Shown here piece by piece: positions 50,904 to 60,153 of a stretch of 64,000 nucleotides of DNA. The position numbers were made by a program, and so were the translations under genes. How positions within the stretch are numbered: the first letter of the stretch is position 1; every line of letters begins with the position of its first letter. This DNA is from Candidatus Krumholzibacteriia bacterium (GTDB lineage Bacteria > Krumholzibacteriota > Krumholzibacteriia > JAJRXK01): NCBI GenBank assembly GCA_041484665.1, contig JBGPIA010000022.1:1-64000 (forward strand), in the 5' to 3' direction. A model generated the notes under the pieces. The model had not been told where the DNA came from. It saw nothing but the letters and a program-made list of their open reading frames with translations, and ran no database searches.

Positions 50904-52499
50904 GTGGGATCCCAGCGCATCGTCCTCACATCGCCCTGGAGACTCGGCCTCTTCGTCTTCATTCTCGTGGTCGGCTGCGGGTTCGGGCTCATCTACGCCT
51001 ACCTGCAGTTTTTCGGCGGGACCTTGCAGTTCACCGACCAACGATCGGTGACCGCCTTCTACGGCGTCGCAGGCGGAGTCGCATTGCTGGGCCTGCTCGG
51101 CTATCTCGCGGTGGTCAGCGCGGCACAGCCGCTCGACAAGGTGGTGTCCGGAGGCAAGCGCCGGCAGACTCTCCTGAAGGACCTGGCACGGGTCGAGGAT
51201 CCCCGGGAGCTGGACGGGCCTGCCTATGAGGCGGACCCCGACCTGGCCGCGATCGTCGAGCGGTGGCGCGCGCACCGGGTCTCCGGTTGCGAGGCCGAGG
51301 AAGCGCTGTCGCGCCAACGCGAGGCGCTGTCGGCTCTGGTCACGCAGTTGCGCCAAGCCGCCGAGACCGGCACGCCGATCGCCGCGGAGGGCGCAGAGGG
51401 CGCCATGGCAGCGCTGGCGGGCACGGCCAATCGGTTGATCACCGAGATCGGCGAGCTGCGCGCGGCCCATGGCCATGCGGGCAGCGCGGTGACCGCGATG
51501 CGAGAGGCGTGGCACGAGGGCAGCGCGCGGCTGCACCGCCACTACCGCGACCTCCAGCGCTTCGCCGCCACGATCGCCAGCAACAGCCAGCAGCTCTCCC
51601 AGGTGAGCGCGGCTGGCCCGGCGAGCACGGCATCGGGGCCGCGCTTGGCGGTCCCCAGCGCCGAGGATCTGCTGCTCGACTCCAATCTCGGCACCACGTG
51701 CCAGCGCAACCGCGATCGCATCGCGGCGCTGCGCGGTCAGCTCGAGGCTCTCTCGGAGGAGGCCAACGGCCTGGCCATCAATGCCGCCCTGCAGGTCAGC
51801 CGCATGGGCGACCACGGAGCCCACCTGCTACCGGTCACCGAGCAGGTTCGCGCGGTCTCGACGCGCTTCCAGAAGGCTGCCGCCGATCTGCGCGTCTGCG
51901 AGTACGACCAGGAGGCGACCTCGACCCAGATCCAGGGCCTGCTCGCGCGCGTGGCCCGGGATTGGAGTCGGCTGGCTGCCGGAACGCCGTCCGCCAGCGG
52001 ACCAGCGCCGGCGGGTGGAGCGGAGCTCGCGCACCTGGTGAATTCCATTGGACATGCCGCCGCCGGACTCGATCAATTGGCCCAGATCCTCAGCAGCGAA
52101 CTGCACGCCCTGGATACCCGGCTGGGCGAGCCCAAGGCATCCGGCGCCATGCTCGAGGTGGGGCTGGAGCCGCACGAGGTGCCGGGGGCGCGGGAGCTCG
52201 GCTCGGCGTCGGTCCGCGCGGCCACCCTCGATCCCTCCATGGCGGCCGGGCGCCCTGCGAGCCCCGAGCTCACTCCCGAGGAGCAGCTCGCGCGCATCCA
52301 CCAGGAGCTGTTCGCCAGCGGCAGCGCCGTCGACGAGCCAGCGCGCCCGCCCCAGACGCCGGCGGCCCACGGGGAGGCAAAGGCGCACGAACGGGTCTAT
52401 GATCTGAGCGAGTTCGGCGCCGTCCAGCTCGAAGACGAGCTCGACGACGGGGATAGCCGCGTCTTCGACCTCTCGGAGCTGGGGGCGGTGCAGGTGTAG
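50904..52499 (+). CDS. Degenerate methyl-accepting chemotaxis-like membrane protein
   Basis: Two TM helices with a short loop, coiled-coil body, and hairpin-tip homology LSEEANGLAINAALQVSRMGDHGAHLLPVTEQVR. AGGAG RBS before GTG 50904. Confidence 0.75.
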   Translation: MGSQRIVLTSPWRLGLFVFILVVGCGFGLIYAYLQFFGGTLQFTDQRSVTAFYGVAGGVALLGLLGYLAVVSAAQPLDKVVSGGKRRQTLLKDLARVEDPRELDGPAYEADPDLAAIVERWRAHRVSGCEAEEALSRQREALSALVTQLRQAAETGTPIAAEGAEGAMAALAGTANRLITEIGELRAAHGHAGSAVTAMREAWHEGSARLHRHYRDLQRFAATIASNSQQLSQVSAAGPASTASGPRLAVPSAEDLLLDSNLGTTCQRNRDRIAALRGQLEALSEEANGLAINAALQVSRMGDHGAHLLPVTEQVRAVSTRFQKAAADLRVCEYDQEATSTQIQGLLARVARDWSRLAAGTPSASGPAPAGGAELAHLVNSIGHAAAGLDQLAQILSSELHALDTRLGEPKASGAMLEVGLEPHEVPGARELGSASVRAATLDPSMAAGRPASPELTPEEQLARIHQELFASGSAVDEPARPPQTPAAHGEAKAHERVYDLSEFGAVQLEDELDDGDSRVFDLSELGAVQV

Positions 52500-52550
52500 A
52501 GCGCCGCGATCGTTTCGCCAGCGTCCTTCGGCCACTCGCGCAGGGGATCC

Positions 52551-54707
52551 ATGGGCAGCCGTGCCGCACAGCCTTCGCAGGTCAGTCTGTTCTCCGCGCA
52601 GGTCGCAGAGCAGATCCAGCGGCTGCGGACGCTGACCGGCGCAGGCGAGACGCCCACGGGCAATGAGCTCGTCGATCTCAAGCGCGCGATCATGGCCACC
52701 CGGCTGCTGGCAGGCAGCGCCCGCATCCTGCAGCTGGAGCCCCTTCAGGTGTTCCTCGACCGGCTATTGGATTGGCTGCAGGGGATCGAGTCCGCGCGCC
52801 ATCCGCTGAGCACGACGCAAACGCTGCTGCTGGAGAGCGTGATCGAGGTGGAGGAGCGCCTCATGCTCCATCTCGAGAGCAACGGCAGCACGATCGATCT
52901 CGTTCCCTTCCGCGATGAGCTGGCGGAGATGCTCCGCCTCATCGATCGCCACGCCGCCGCCGGCCCGCCACCACAACCGGAGCCCCTGCCCGCCGCGGCG
53001 GAGGACGCCGCGCAGTCGGCCCCGCTCGAGGCTGCGAGCGGGACGATGCCGGCCCCAGAGGAGCAATCGGCGGCCGCGGCCGGACGCGCGCGTGCGACAG
53101 CGCAGGCTCCACCCCCGCATTCCGCAGCCAACGATCCGCTGGTCGACGCGCTGGGCGCGGTAACGATCCACCTGGAAGGGATCATCCACGAGGGCAGCGC
53201 CTCCCTTTCGGACGAGGCGATCAATCGCCTGCGCGCCTTCTTGCAGCGCATGGACGGCGCCCTGCGGTGCGTGGAGCCCAGCGCTGCGCAGGCCGCCGGC
53301 GCGCCCGCCGCGGCGGCGGCCTCGGCAGCGCTGGCATCGGCGTCACCGGCTGCCGGAGGCGTCGCCACATCCGACGTGGGATGGGACCACCCGCTCATCG
53401 CTCCGCTGCGGCCGTTGTTGCAGCAGCAGCGCAAGGCGCTGCAGGTGCCGATCTCGATTGCGATCCGCGAGACGGGCGCCGCGCCCTCGCCAGGCATCCG
53501 CGACATCGTCACGCAGGTCATCGGGCACCTGCTGGAGGACGTATGCGTGAACTTCGGGCAGTCGCGTCGCGAGGGCGCGCTGCCCGACGCCAGTCTGAGC
53601 GTCACGCTCCAGCTAGCGGCCGATCACGGGCGGCTGCTGCTCTCCATTGGCGACAATGCGCCCGCCCACGTCGAGGCCAGCGGGATCGACGAGGCCGACC
53701 ACTTGGCGCTCTACCGTGGTCTGCGCCAGGTGAAGGCGCTGGTGGAGCAGCTCAACGGCCTCATCTGGGTCGAGCCCTCGGCCGACGCCGGGCCGCGCTT
53801 CGTGCTGTCGTTGCCCGCCCATCTGCGCGATCAGATCTACCGCGTGATCGATCTCGGCCAGGTGCAAGTGGCCGTGCCGTGGGTGCTCGTGGACGACATC
53901 ACCACCACCGCGGGTCTGCTCTTCCACGCCGACTCCACCGGTGAGTCGTTCCACCACCATGGCCGTCCCATTGCGCTCGCCGACCTGGCCGAATACGTCG
54001 CATCCTTGATCCCCCGCGAAGATCCCGCGGAGCAGATCGCCATCGTGGGCTCCGTCGAGAAGCGGCTGGGGCTGTTCTGTGAGGGTGTGGGGGACTTCGT
54101 GGAGGCCTCCGAGATCACGGCGGCGCCCAAGGGGTGGGAGCGCGTGGCCTACGGAGGCCTGGACCTGGGGGGCCATTGCGTCCCGTTGCTGGATATCGGG
54201 CGCCTGCTGCGCCTGCGCTATAGCTCGCAGGACGGCATGGGCGACGAGGCCGGATCGCTGCCCGACGTCGAGGTGGAGACGTACGTGCCCGTGGAGCAAG
54301 CCACCGGTCCCGCGGGGGGCGCCGCCCAGCCGCCCAACGCCGAGCAACCGGCGGTTCAGCGCTGCCTGTTGATCAACCAATCGGAGTTCCGCCGACGCGA
54401 CTTGGCGCGCACGCTGGAGTCCATGGGTTACGACGTGATGGCCGTGGCGGACCTCGTGCGCGGCCTGCACTACCTGGAAGGCCGGCACGTGGAGTTGATC
54501 GTGACCGACCTGCGGCTGGGCGAGCGCGGCGCGGAAAACCTCGCCCGCCTGCGCGACGGTCAGATCGATACCCCGGTGGTCCTCACCAGCTCCGTGGCCC
54601 GCGAGTTCGCCCTGGAGCTCGCCCGCAAGACCGGCGCTGACGCGTGCTGGCTCGACCCGTTCCATCCCACCGACCTGCAGGCCGCGCTCGCCTCACTGGC
54701 CTCGTGA
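52551..54707 (+). CDS. CheA-like protein (Hpt-HATPase-CheW-REC) with degenerate catalytic motifs
   Basis: Hpt-like ATRLLAGSARIL, HATPase-like HLLEDV/SIGDNAP/VEQLNGLIWVE..GPRFVLSLP, CheW-like VAVPWVLVDDI..RLGLFCEGVGD..LLDI, and a C-terminal receiver fold. Confidence 0.8.
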   Translation: MGSRAAQPSQVSLFSAQVAEQIQRLRTLTGAGETPTGNELVDLKRAIMATRLLAGSARILQLEPLQVFLDRLLDWLQGIESARHPLSTTQTLLLESVIEVEERLMLHLESNGSTIDLVPFRDELAEMLRLIDRHAAAGPPPQPEPLPAAAEDAAQSAPLEAASGTMPAPEEQSAAAAGRARATAQAPPPHSAANDPLVDALGAVTIHLEGIIHEGSASLSDEAINRLRAFLQRMDGALRCVEPSAAQAAGAPAAAAASAALASASPAAGGVATSDVGWDHPLIAPLRPLLQQQRKALQVPISIAIRETGAAPSPGIRDIVTQVIGHLLEDVCVNFGQSRREGALPDASLSVTLQLAADHGRLLLSIGDNAPAHVEASGIDEADHLALYRGLRQVKALVEQLNGLIWVEPSADAGPRFVLSLPAHLRDQIYRVIDLGQVQVAVPWVLVDDITTTAGLLFHADSTGESFHHHGRPIALADLAEYVASLIPREDPAEQIAIVGSVEKRLGLFCEGVGDFVEASEITAAPKGWERVAYGGLDLGGHCVPLLDIGRLLRLRYSSQDGMGDEAGSLPDVEVETYVPVEQATGPAGGAAQPPNAEQPAVQRCLLINQSEFRRRDLARTLESMGYDVMAVADLVRGLHYLEGRHVELIVTDLRLGERGAENLARLRDGQIDTPVVLTSSVAREFALELARKTGADACWLDPFHPTDLQAALASLAS

Positions 54708-54912
54708 GCGCCCTGCGCAGGGGCCTGCACAGAGGCGTGCGCGGCAGACCGCAGCAGGGTGGAACTGGACCCCAACGGCCGCCCGCGCACGTTGCAACGG
54801 CCGCTACCGGCCGCTTGCCGCGAAAGGGCTGCCGCCCAGCGGGGGCGTGCCGCGCGAGGCCGCAACCGTACCATTTCTAACCAGTTGCGCCGCACCTGGG
54901 ACCGGGGAGCCT

Positions 54913-54928
54913 TGGCATACGGGTTGCT
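54913..54928 (+). promoter_or_regulatory. sigma54 (-24/-12) promoter for the HTH gene
   Basis: TGGCATACGGGTTGCT (GG-N10-GC with TTGC), about 58 nt upstream of ATG 54987. Confidence 0.7.
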
Positions 54929-54986
54929 GCCCGCAAGCGGTACGACACCCTGGGTTTCACACCTCAAAGCGGCTAAGGGGACCGGA

Positions 54987-55211
54987 ATGAGCGACAAGCG
55001 GTTTGGCGAATACGCGAACATCTACATCGGAGGGGAAGATCCGGCTTCGCCCGTCATGACCTCCGTAGAGGCAGCGGAGTACCTAAAGATGCATGTGAAG
55101 ACCGTCTGCCGCCTGGCGAAGGAGGGGAAGATCCCCGCCAAGAAGGTGGGGAGCGAGTGGCGCTTCCTCAAGAGCGTGCTCGATCGCTGGCTGACCAAGG
55201 AGCTCGTGTAG
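54987..55211 (+). CDS. Excisionase-family (HTH_17/MerR-like) DNA-binding protein, 74 aa
   Basis: MTSVEAAEYLKMHVKTVCRLAKEGKIPAKKVGSEWRF..LDRWL is the typical HTH_17 pattern. Confidence 0.9.
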   Translation: MSDKRFGEYANIYIGGEDPASPVMTSVEAAEYLKMHVKTVCRLAKEGKIPAKKVGSEWRFLKSVLDRWLTKELV

Positions 55212-55316
55212 GAGCGGTCGCTGGGATTCCGCAGAGGGATCCGAGTCCCTTGATGATCCTCTTGTCGCGGCGGCCGTCTCCATGAGCGGACCGCCGCGAT
55301 TTTTCTTGGGGAGCCG

Positions 55317-58016
55317 ATGACACGCGCCTCCTTCACGAGCCTCAAGCTGGGCGACCCCGACGTCTTTGCCGTCAAGATCGAGGGCCATCTGGGCGCTCGG
55401 GAACGTGCGAGGGTCGAGGAGCTCGTCCGCAAGTGCCGGGAGAAACAGAAGACCCAGGTGGTTCTCGATCTCTCGGGATTGGAGAGCATGGGCGGCGGCG
55501 TGGCGGCCGTGCTCGGGGAGTTCGCCGCCGAGATGGCCCATGCGGGCCATACCCTGCTGCTCGCCGGCGCCTCGGACGTCGTCCAGGGATTCCTGACCGC
55601 GCGTTTCACAGCGGCGCCTCCCGTGTTCGTCGATTCCCTCCCGCTTGCCGAAGCGGTATGCGTGCAGCGTCGCAGTGGCGCGCCCACGCCGGCGTCCCCG
55701 CCGCCCGCGTCAGCGCCCACACCCACGCCGCAAGCGCCGCGACCGACCGCCACCACGCCACTGCAGCCTGAGCCGGCGCTCGCGGGACAGCCCGTCCGCC
55801 GTGCGCCGCAGCCTGAGCCGGCGCTCTCCGGACAGCCAGCAGCCGGCGCGCCGCAGCCGGCCACTCGCGCTTCGCGCCCCCCCGCGGGAGCCGCCCAGTC
55901 CGCCACCGCGCAGACAGGGTCGCGACCTGCCGGCCGTAGCGTCGCCGAACCCGCGTCGCCACCGCCGTCGGGCGAGCGCTCCGCCGCTGCTCCTCCATCG
56001 CGCACGGACGCCAAGCCAGCCGCCAGGCCCGCGTCCGAGCGCAAGGGCAGCGGGGGCAGCGCGAGCGGTGCCGGCGGCGCGGGACGATCGGCCGCCGCAA
56101 AGGCGGCGGGCAGGGGCACGGGCAAGGCCGAGACTCCGTCGCCGCCCATCATCCTGCTCCCCGACCAGACGCAGGAGGAGGCCGCGGCCCCCTCCCAGCC
56201 ACCCCCCAAGGATCCCGCCGGCAGGCCTGCCGCCGCGCTGCCCACAGCGGGCGCGCCCGCGTCGAACCGCGCCCCCGCCGGGCCAGGCCCCACCACGGCT
56301 GCGACGCCCGCTTTGGACGTGGCGCCACGTTCCGCCCCGGGGGCCACCCCGGGCGCCGGACAGGGCCAAGTCCCGCCGGCACGGTACGTCTCGCTGGAAG
56401 AGGCCCTGCGGATGTGCGCGAAGTCCGGCAGCCTTCCCGCAATGCGTCAGCCGATCGCCGACATGCTCCACGGCGCCGACCTCGCGAGCGTCTGCCTGCT
56501 GTTCGGCCGCGAGCGCGACCGCCTGATCGAGACCCAGGAGCGCAAGCTGTCATTCCCGGCCGACGGAGCGATCGCCGCCACCCTCATCGCGCAGGGCGGG
56601 CCGGTCGCGATGATCGATCTGGGCGGCGACGACCTGGGCGACGCCGAAGCCGACCTGCTGACCGCGCTCAATTGCCAGATCGCCGTCCCGCTGTTCGGCG
56701 GCGGCGCGCTGCGGGGCGCGCTGTTCCTGCGCAAGGACATGCCCGGCAGCGAATACGGACCGGGCGAGATGCTCGCTCTGGACCTGCTGGCGCAGCGAAT
56801 CGGAGGCGTGCTCGGGGGCGAGGCCGGCCGTGCGCCGGCCCCACATGCGAGCGGGCCGCGCTCCCGCGGTCCGGGGAGCGAGCGGCGCGCCGAGGGTGGC
56901 GAGCCCCACGGCGAGCTCGAAGCGCACCTGCGCCGCAAGATCTACCAGCAGAAGGCCCTGCTGGGGATCAGCCGCGACTTCAACTCCACGCAGGATGAGG
57001 AGCGCCTGATCAACCTGCTGCTGCTCACGGCGATCGGGCAGGTGGGATCGGGATCGGTGGCCTACTTCGAGATCGACGGCAAGGGCCTGCGTCCGCGCGC
57101 CTCGCGCGGGCTGGAGGGGATCGAGCTCCCGTGCCTGCCCGCTCCCAGCCCCGACGCCCTGGGCGCCTGGAACGAGCCTGCCACGGCGAGCCCTCCGCCG
57201 GCCGGCGCGCTCAAGGATCTCATGCAGAAGCTGGCGGCGTTGGGCCTGCAGGTTGCCGCACCGGTGCGCAGCAAGCTGCGCACGTTCGGCATCCTCGCGC
57301 TGGGGCCCCGCATCGCCGGCTCGGCCGCCGAGTACGACGCGGAGTTCCTGTCGATCCTGCTCAACCAGACCGGGATCGCGCTGGAGAACGCGCGGCTGTT
57401 CCACGAGCTGGAGGACCGCACGCTGGGCGTGGCGCGCACGTTCGTGTCGCTCATCGAGAAGCGCAACGGCCAGATCGACCGCGCCAGCACCGAGCTGGTG
57501 ACCTACTACGTCGGCAAGATCGCGCAAGCCATGTCCTTCCCGCCGGAGAGATACCGCGACCTGCTCTACGGCGCGGTGTTGCGCGACATCGGAATGATCG
57601 AGATCAGCGACCTGGTGCTGCGCAGCCCGCGCAGCCTCACCCACGAGGAATGGCGACTGATCAAGCAGCATCCGGCCAGCGGCATGGAGATCCTCGGCTC
57701 CATGGGGTTCAACATCGACATCACCGGCATCGTGCTCCACCACCACGAGCGCTTCAACGGCGAGGGCTACCCGCACGGACTGCGCGGCGCAGCCATCCCA
57801 CAGGGGGCCCGCATCGTCTCGGTGGCCGAGTCGTTCGTGGCGATGACGCGCAACCTGCCCTATCGCGCGGCTCTGGGATGGGGCGAGTCGCTGGAGGTCA
57901 TGCGGGAGAACTGGGGCATGCGCTACGACCCGGCGGTGCTGGAGGCCTTCCTCTCGATCGTGGAGACCGAGGGGGAGCGCAAGGCGATGACGCCCGAGGT
58001 CGTGCACGGAAGGTGA
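55317..58016 (+). CDS. STAS - Pro/Ala linker - GAF - GAF - degenerate HD-GYP protein
   Basis: STAS VVLDLSGLESMGGG, ~240-aa Pro/Ala linker, two GAF-like segments. HD-GYP has LRDIG (HD lost) but keeps HHERFNGEGYP. Confidence 0.85.
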   Translation: MTRASFTSLKLGDPDVFAVKIEGHLGARERARVEELVRKCREKQKTQVVLDLSGLESMGGGVAAVLGEFAAEMAHAGHTLLLAGASDVVQGFLTARFTAAPPVFVDSLPLAEAVCVQRRSGAPTPASPPPASAPTPTPQAPRPTATTPLQPEPALAGQPVRRAPQPEPALSGQPAAGAPQPATRASRPPAGAAQSATAQTGSRPAGRSVAEPASPPPSGERSAAAPPSRTDAKPAARPASERKGSGGSASGAGGAGRSAAAKAAGRGTGKAETPSPPIILLPDQTQEEAAAPSQPPPKDPAGRPAAALPTAGAPASNRAPAGPGPTTAATPALDVAPRSAPGATPGAGQGQVPPARYVSLEEALRMCAKSGSLPAMRQPIADMLHGADLASVCLLFGRERDRLIETQERKLSFPADGAIAATLIAQGGPVAMIDLGGDDLGDAEADLLTALNCQIAVPLFGGGALRGALFLRKDMPGSEYGPGEMLALDLLAQRIGGVLGGEAGRAPAPHASGPRSRGPGSERRAEGGEPHGELEAHLRRKIYQQKALLGISRDFNSTQDEERLINLLLLTAIGQVGSGSVAYFEIDGKGLRPRASRGLEGIELPCLPAPSPDALGAWNEPATASPPPAGALKDLMQKLAALGLQVAAPVRSKLRTFGILALGPRIAGSAAEYDAEFLSILLNQTGIALENARLFHELEDRTLGVARTFVSLIEKRNGQIDRASTELVTYYVGKIAQAMSFPPERYRDLLYGAVLRDIGMIEISDLVLRSPRSLTHEEWRLIKQHPASGMEILGSMGFNIDITGIVLHHHERFNGEGYPHGLRGAAIPQGARIVSVAESFVAMTRNLPYRAALGWGESLEVMRENWGMRYDPAVLEAFLSIVETEGERKAMTPEVVHGR

Positions 58017-58068
58017 GCCGTCCGGCGGATGGCTGGCGCCCAGCGCCGCGGCGCACAATACCGCGAGG

Positions 58069-59664
58069 ATGACGGCTGTGGATGTGGCCCCGGACGAACT
58101 GACCGCGACGCGCAGGCGGGTGCTTCTCGCCGAGTCGGACCCGGGGGTGCGCGCGACGCTGAGCCGGTGGCTCTCCGAGCACGGCTACGACGTCATCGAG
58201 GCGCGCGACGGCACGCAGGTCATCGATCTCTACCAGGCCACCGCGCCCGACGTGGTGGTGCTCGACCGCCAGCTCGACGGGCGTGACGGCTACAGCGTCT
58301 GCCAGGAGATCCAGCGCCTGGAGGAGGCCGGGCTGGTGCCGGTGCTGCTGACCGGCGCCTCGGCCACCGAGGACGAGCTGGAAGCGGCATTCCGCGCCGG
58401 CGCCCAGGATTTCCTCAAGAAGCCGCTGATGGCCGACGAGCTGTGCGCGCGCGTGGAGCACGCCCTGCACAGCAGCTCGCTGCGGCGCGAGCTCTGGCAG
58501 CAGAACATGGCCCTGGAGAGCGAGGTGGACGAGCGCCAGCGTGAGCTGCAGCGCACCAACCGCCAGCTCAAGATCCAGCTGCTCAGCCAGCAGACCCTGT
58601 TCGATCTCAGCCAGCAGCTCAACTCCTCGATCGACATCGACGAGCAGATCAACATGCTGCTGCTGACCGTCATGGGGCAGCTCGGCGTGGACATGGCCGC
58701 GCTGTTCACCATGGGCAGCGACGAGTCCAACATCGCGCTGCACGCCGCCAAGGGCGTCCATCCCGAGGGGATCTCGAAGGTTCTGCTCCACGAGGAGCGG
58801 CCGTTCCTGCACTACATCGAGGCTCACCGCGAGCCGACCATGCTGCGCGACCTGCCGCTGGGGGTGAGCACCGGTCCCCATCTGACGCGCCTGATCGAGC
58901 TGGGATTGGTCTGCGGTTGTCCCATCCAGGCCACCGGCTCCCTGAGCGGGCTGTTGGTCTTGGGAGCAAAGATCAACGGCCGCCCCATGACCTCCCAGGA
59001 CTTCGCCATGCTGGCGTCGCTGGCCACCTCCGCCGGCATCGCCATGGAAAAGGCCGACCTCTTTCGCAAGCTGCAGGAGACCTACCTCGCCACGATCCAG
59101 AGCCTGATGGCCGCAATGGAGGCGCGCGACACCTACACCCGCGGCCACACCGCGCGCGTGGCGCGCTACTCGCTGGCGATCGGCCGCGAGATGCACTTCA
59201 GCAAGGAGGCGCTGCAGGACCTCAAGTTCGGCAGCACACTCCACGACATTGGGAAGATCGGGATCCTCGACCAGATCCTCAACAAGCCGTCGCAGCTCAC
59301 CGAGCACGAGACCGAGGTCATGCGCCAGCACCCGGAGCTGGGCGACCGCATCCTGCGCAAGATCGAGTTCCTGCGCAACGCGCGCACCATTGTGCGCCAT
59401 CACCACGAGCGCATCGACGGGAAGGGCTATCCCGATGGATTGCGCGGCGAAGAGATCTCGCTGGGCGCCCGCATCGTCGCCGTTGCCGACAGCTTCGATG
59501 CCATGACCAGCAAGCGCACCTACAGCGAGGGGATGGGGCTGGAGGATGCGATCGTCAACCTTGCCGACAAGATCAACGCCCAGTTCGATCCCGACGTCGT
59601 CGAGGTGTTCACGCGTCTGCTGCGCACCGGCGGCGTGCCGGTCCCTACCTGGATGAAGCCCTAG
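58069..59664 (+). CDS. REC-GAF-HD-GYP cyclic di-nucleotide phosphodiesterase (intact motifs)
   Basis: Receiver VVLD..KKP, then EARDTYTRGH, LHDIGKIG, QHP, HHERIDGKGYPDGL, VADSFDAMTSKR. Confidence 0.92.
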   Translation: MTAVDVAPDELTATRRRVLLAESDPGVRATLSRWLSEHGYDVIEARDGTQVIDLYQATAPDVVVLDRQLDGRDGYSVCQEIQRLEEAGLVPVLLTGASATEDELEAAFRAGAQDFLKKPLMADELCARVEHALHSSSLRRELWQQNMALESEVDERQRELQRTNRQLKIQLLSQQTLFDLSQQLNSSIDIDEQINMLLLTVMGQLGVDMAALFTMGSDESNIALHAAKGVHPEGISKVLLHEERPFLHYIEAHREPTMLRDLPLGVSTGPHLTRLIELGLVCGCPIQATGSLSGLLVLGAKINGRPMTSQDFAMLASLATSAGIAMEKADLFRKLQETYLATIQSLMAAMEARDTYTRGHTARVARYSLAIGREMHFSKEALQDLKFGSTLHDIGKIGILDQILNKPSQLTEHETEVMRQHPELGDRILRKIEFLRNARTIVRHHHERIDGKGYPDGLRGEEISLGARIVAVADSFDAMTSKRTYSEGMGLEDAIVNLADKINAQFDPDVVEVFTRLLRTGGVPVPTWMKP

Positions 59665-60054
59665 CGATCGCCGTGGAGCGCTGGTGGGCGCCGTGGGGCG
59701 TTGAGGGGCGCTGGGGGGGCCGGGGAGCACCGGGTGGGCCGACCCCGGCGCTCGGACGCCCGGGCGCCGCACGCCGCGCCGCACGCCCGGCGTCACCCAC
59801 GGATCACGTTGCGGGCGCGGGCGGCCCGGTCCGCGCAGTATCCAACACCCATGCGACCAGTGACTTCTCCGGACGCGAAGCCCTGCGGCGCGCGTCCTGC
59901 TCTTTGGTGCGGGTGCAGGCTCCCGGCGCTGCGGCGCCTGGGGCCTGCGGGCCGCCTGCCGCCCAGGGCCGGGGAACGGGCCGGAGCGGCCCGCGAGGCG
60001 AGTACGTTGGGCCACCGGGGTGCACCGACACACCCTCAACCGAGGTGGCCCCGG

Positions 60055-60109
60055 GGAGCGGAGCGCCGTGGCGCCCGGGACGCCGCGGGCTGAGCCGGCG
60101 CTCCGCTCC
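60055..60109. terminator. Strong GC hairpin between convergent genes (terminator/REP-like)
   Basis: GGAGCGGAGCGCCG (60055-68) and CGGCGCTCCGCTCC (60096-109) form a perfect 14-bp inverted repeat. There is no long U tract. Confidence 0.45.
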
Positions 60110-60153
60110 TTCGTCTCGCGCTCAGCGCGCGGGCCTGCGTCGAGCGCTGCCTC

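Noticed and set aside
54987..55211. Prophage or integrative element implied by the excisionase-like gene
   Set aside because: No integrase, tRNA attachment site, phage genes or compositional shift.
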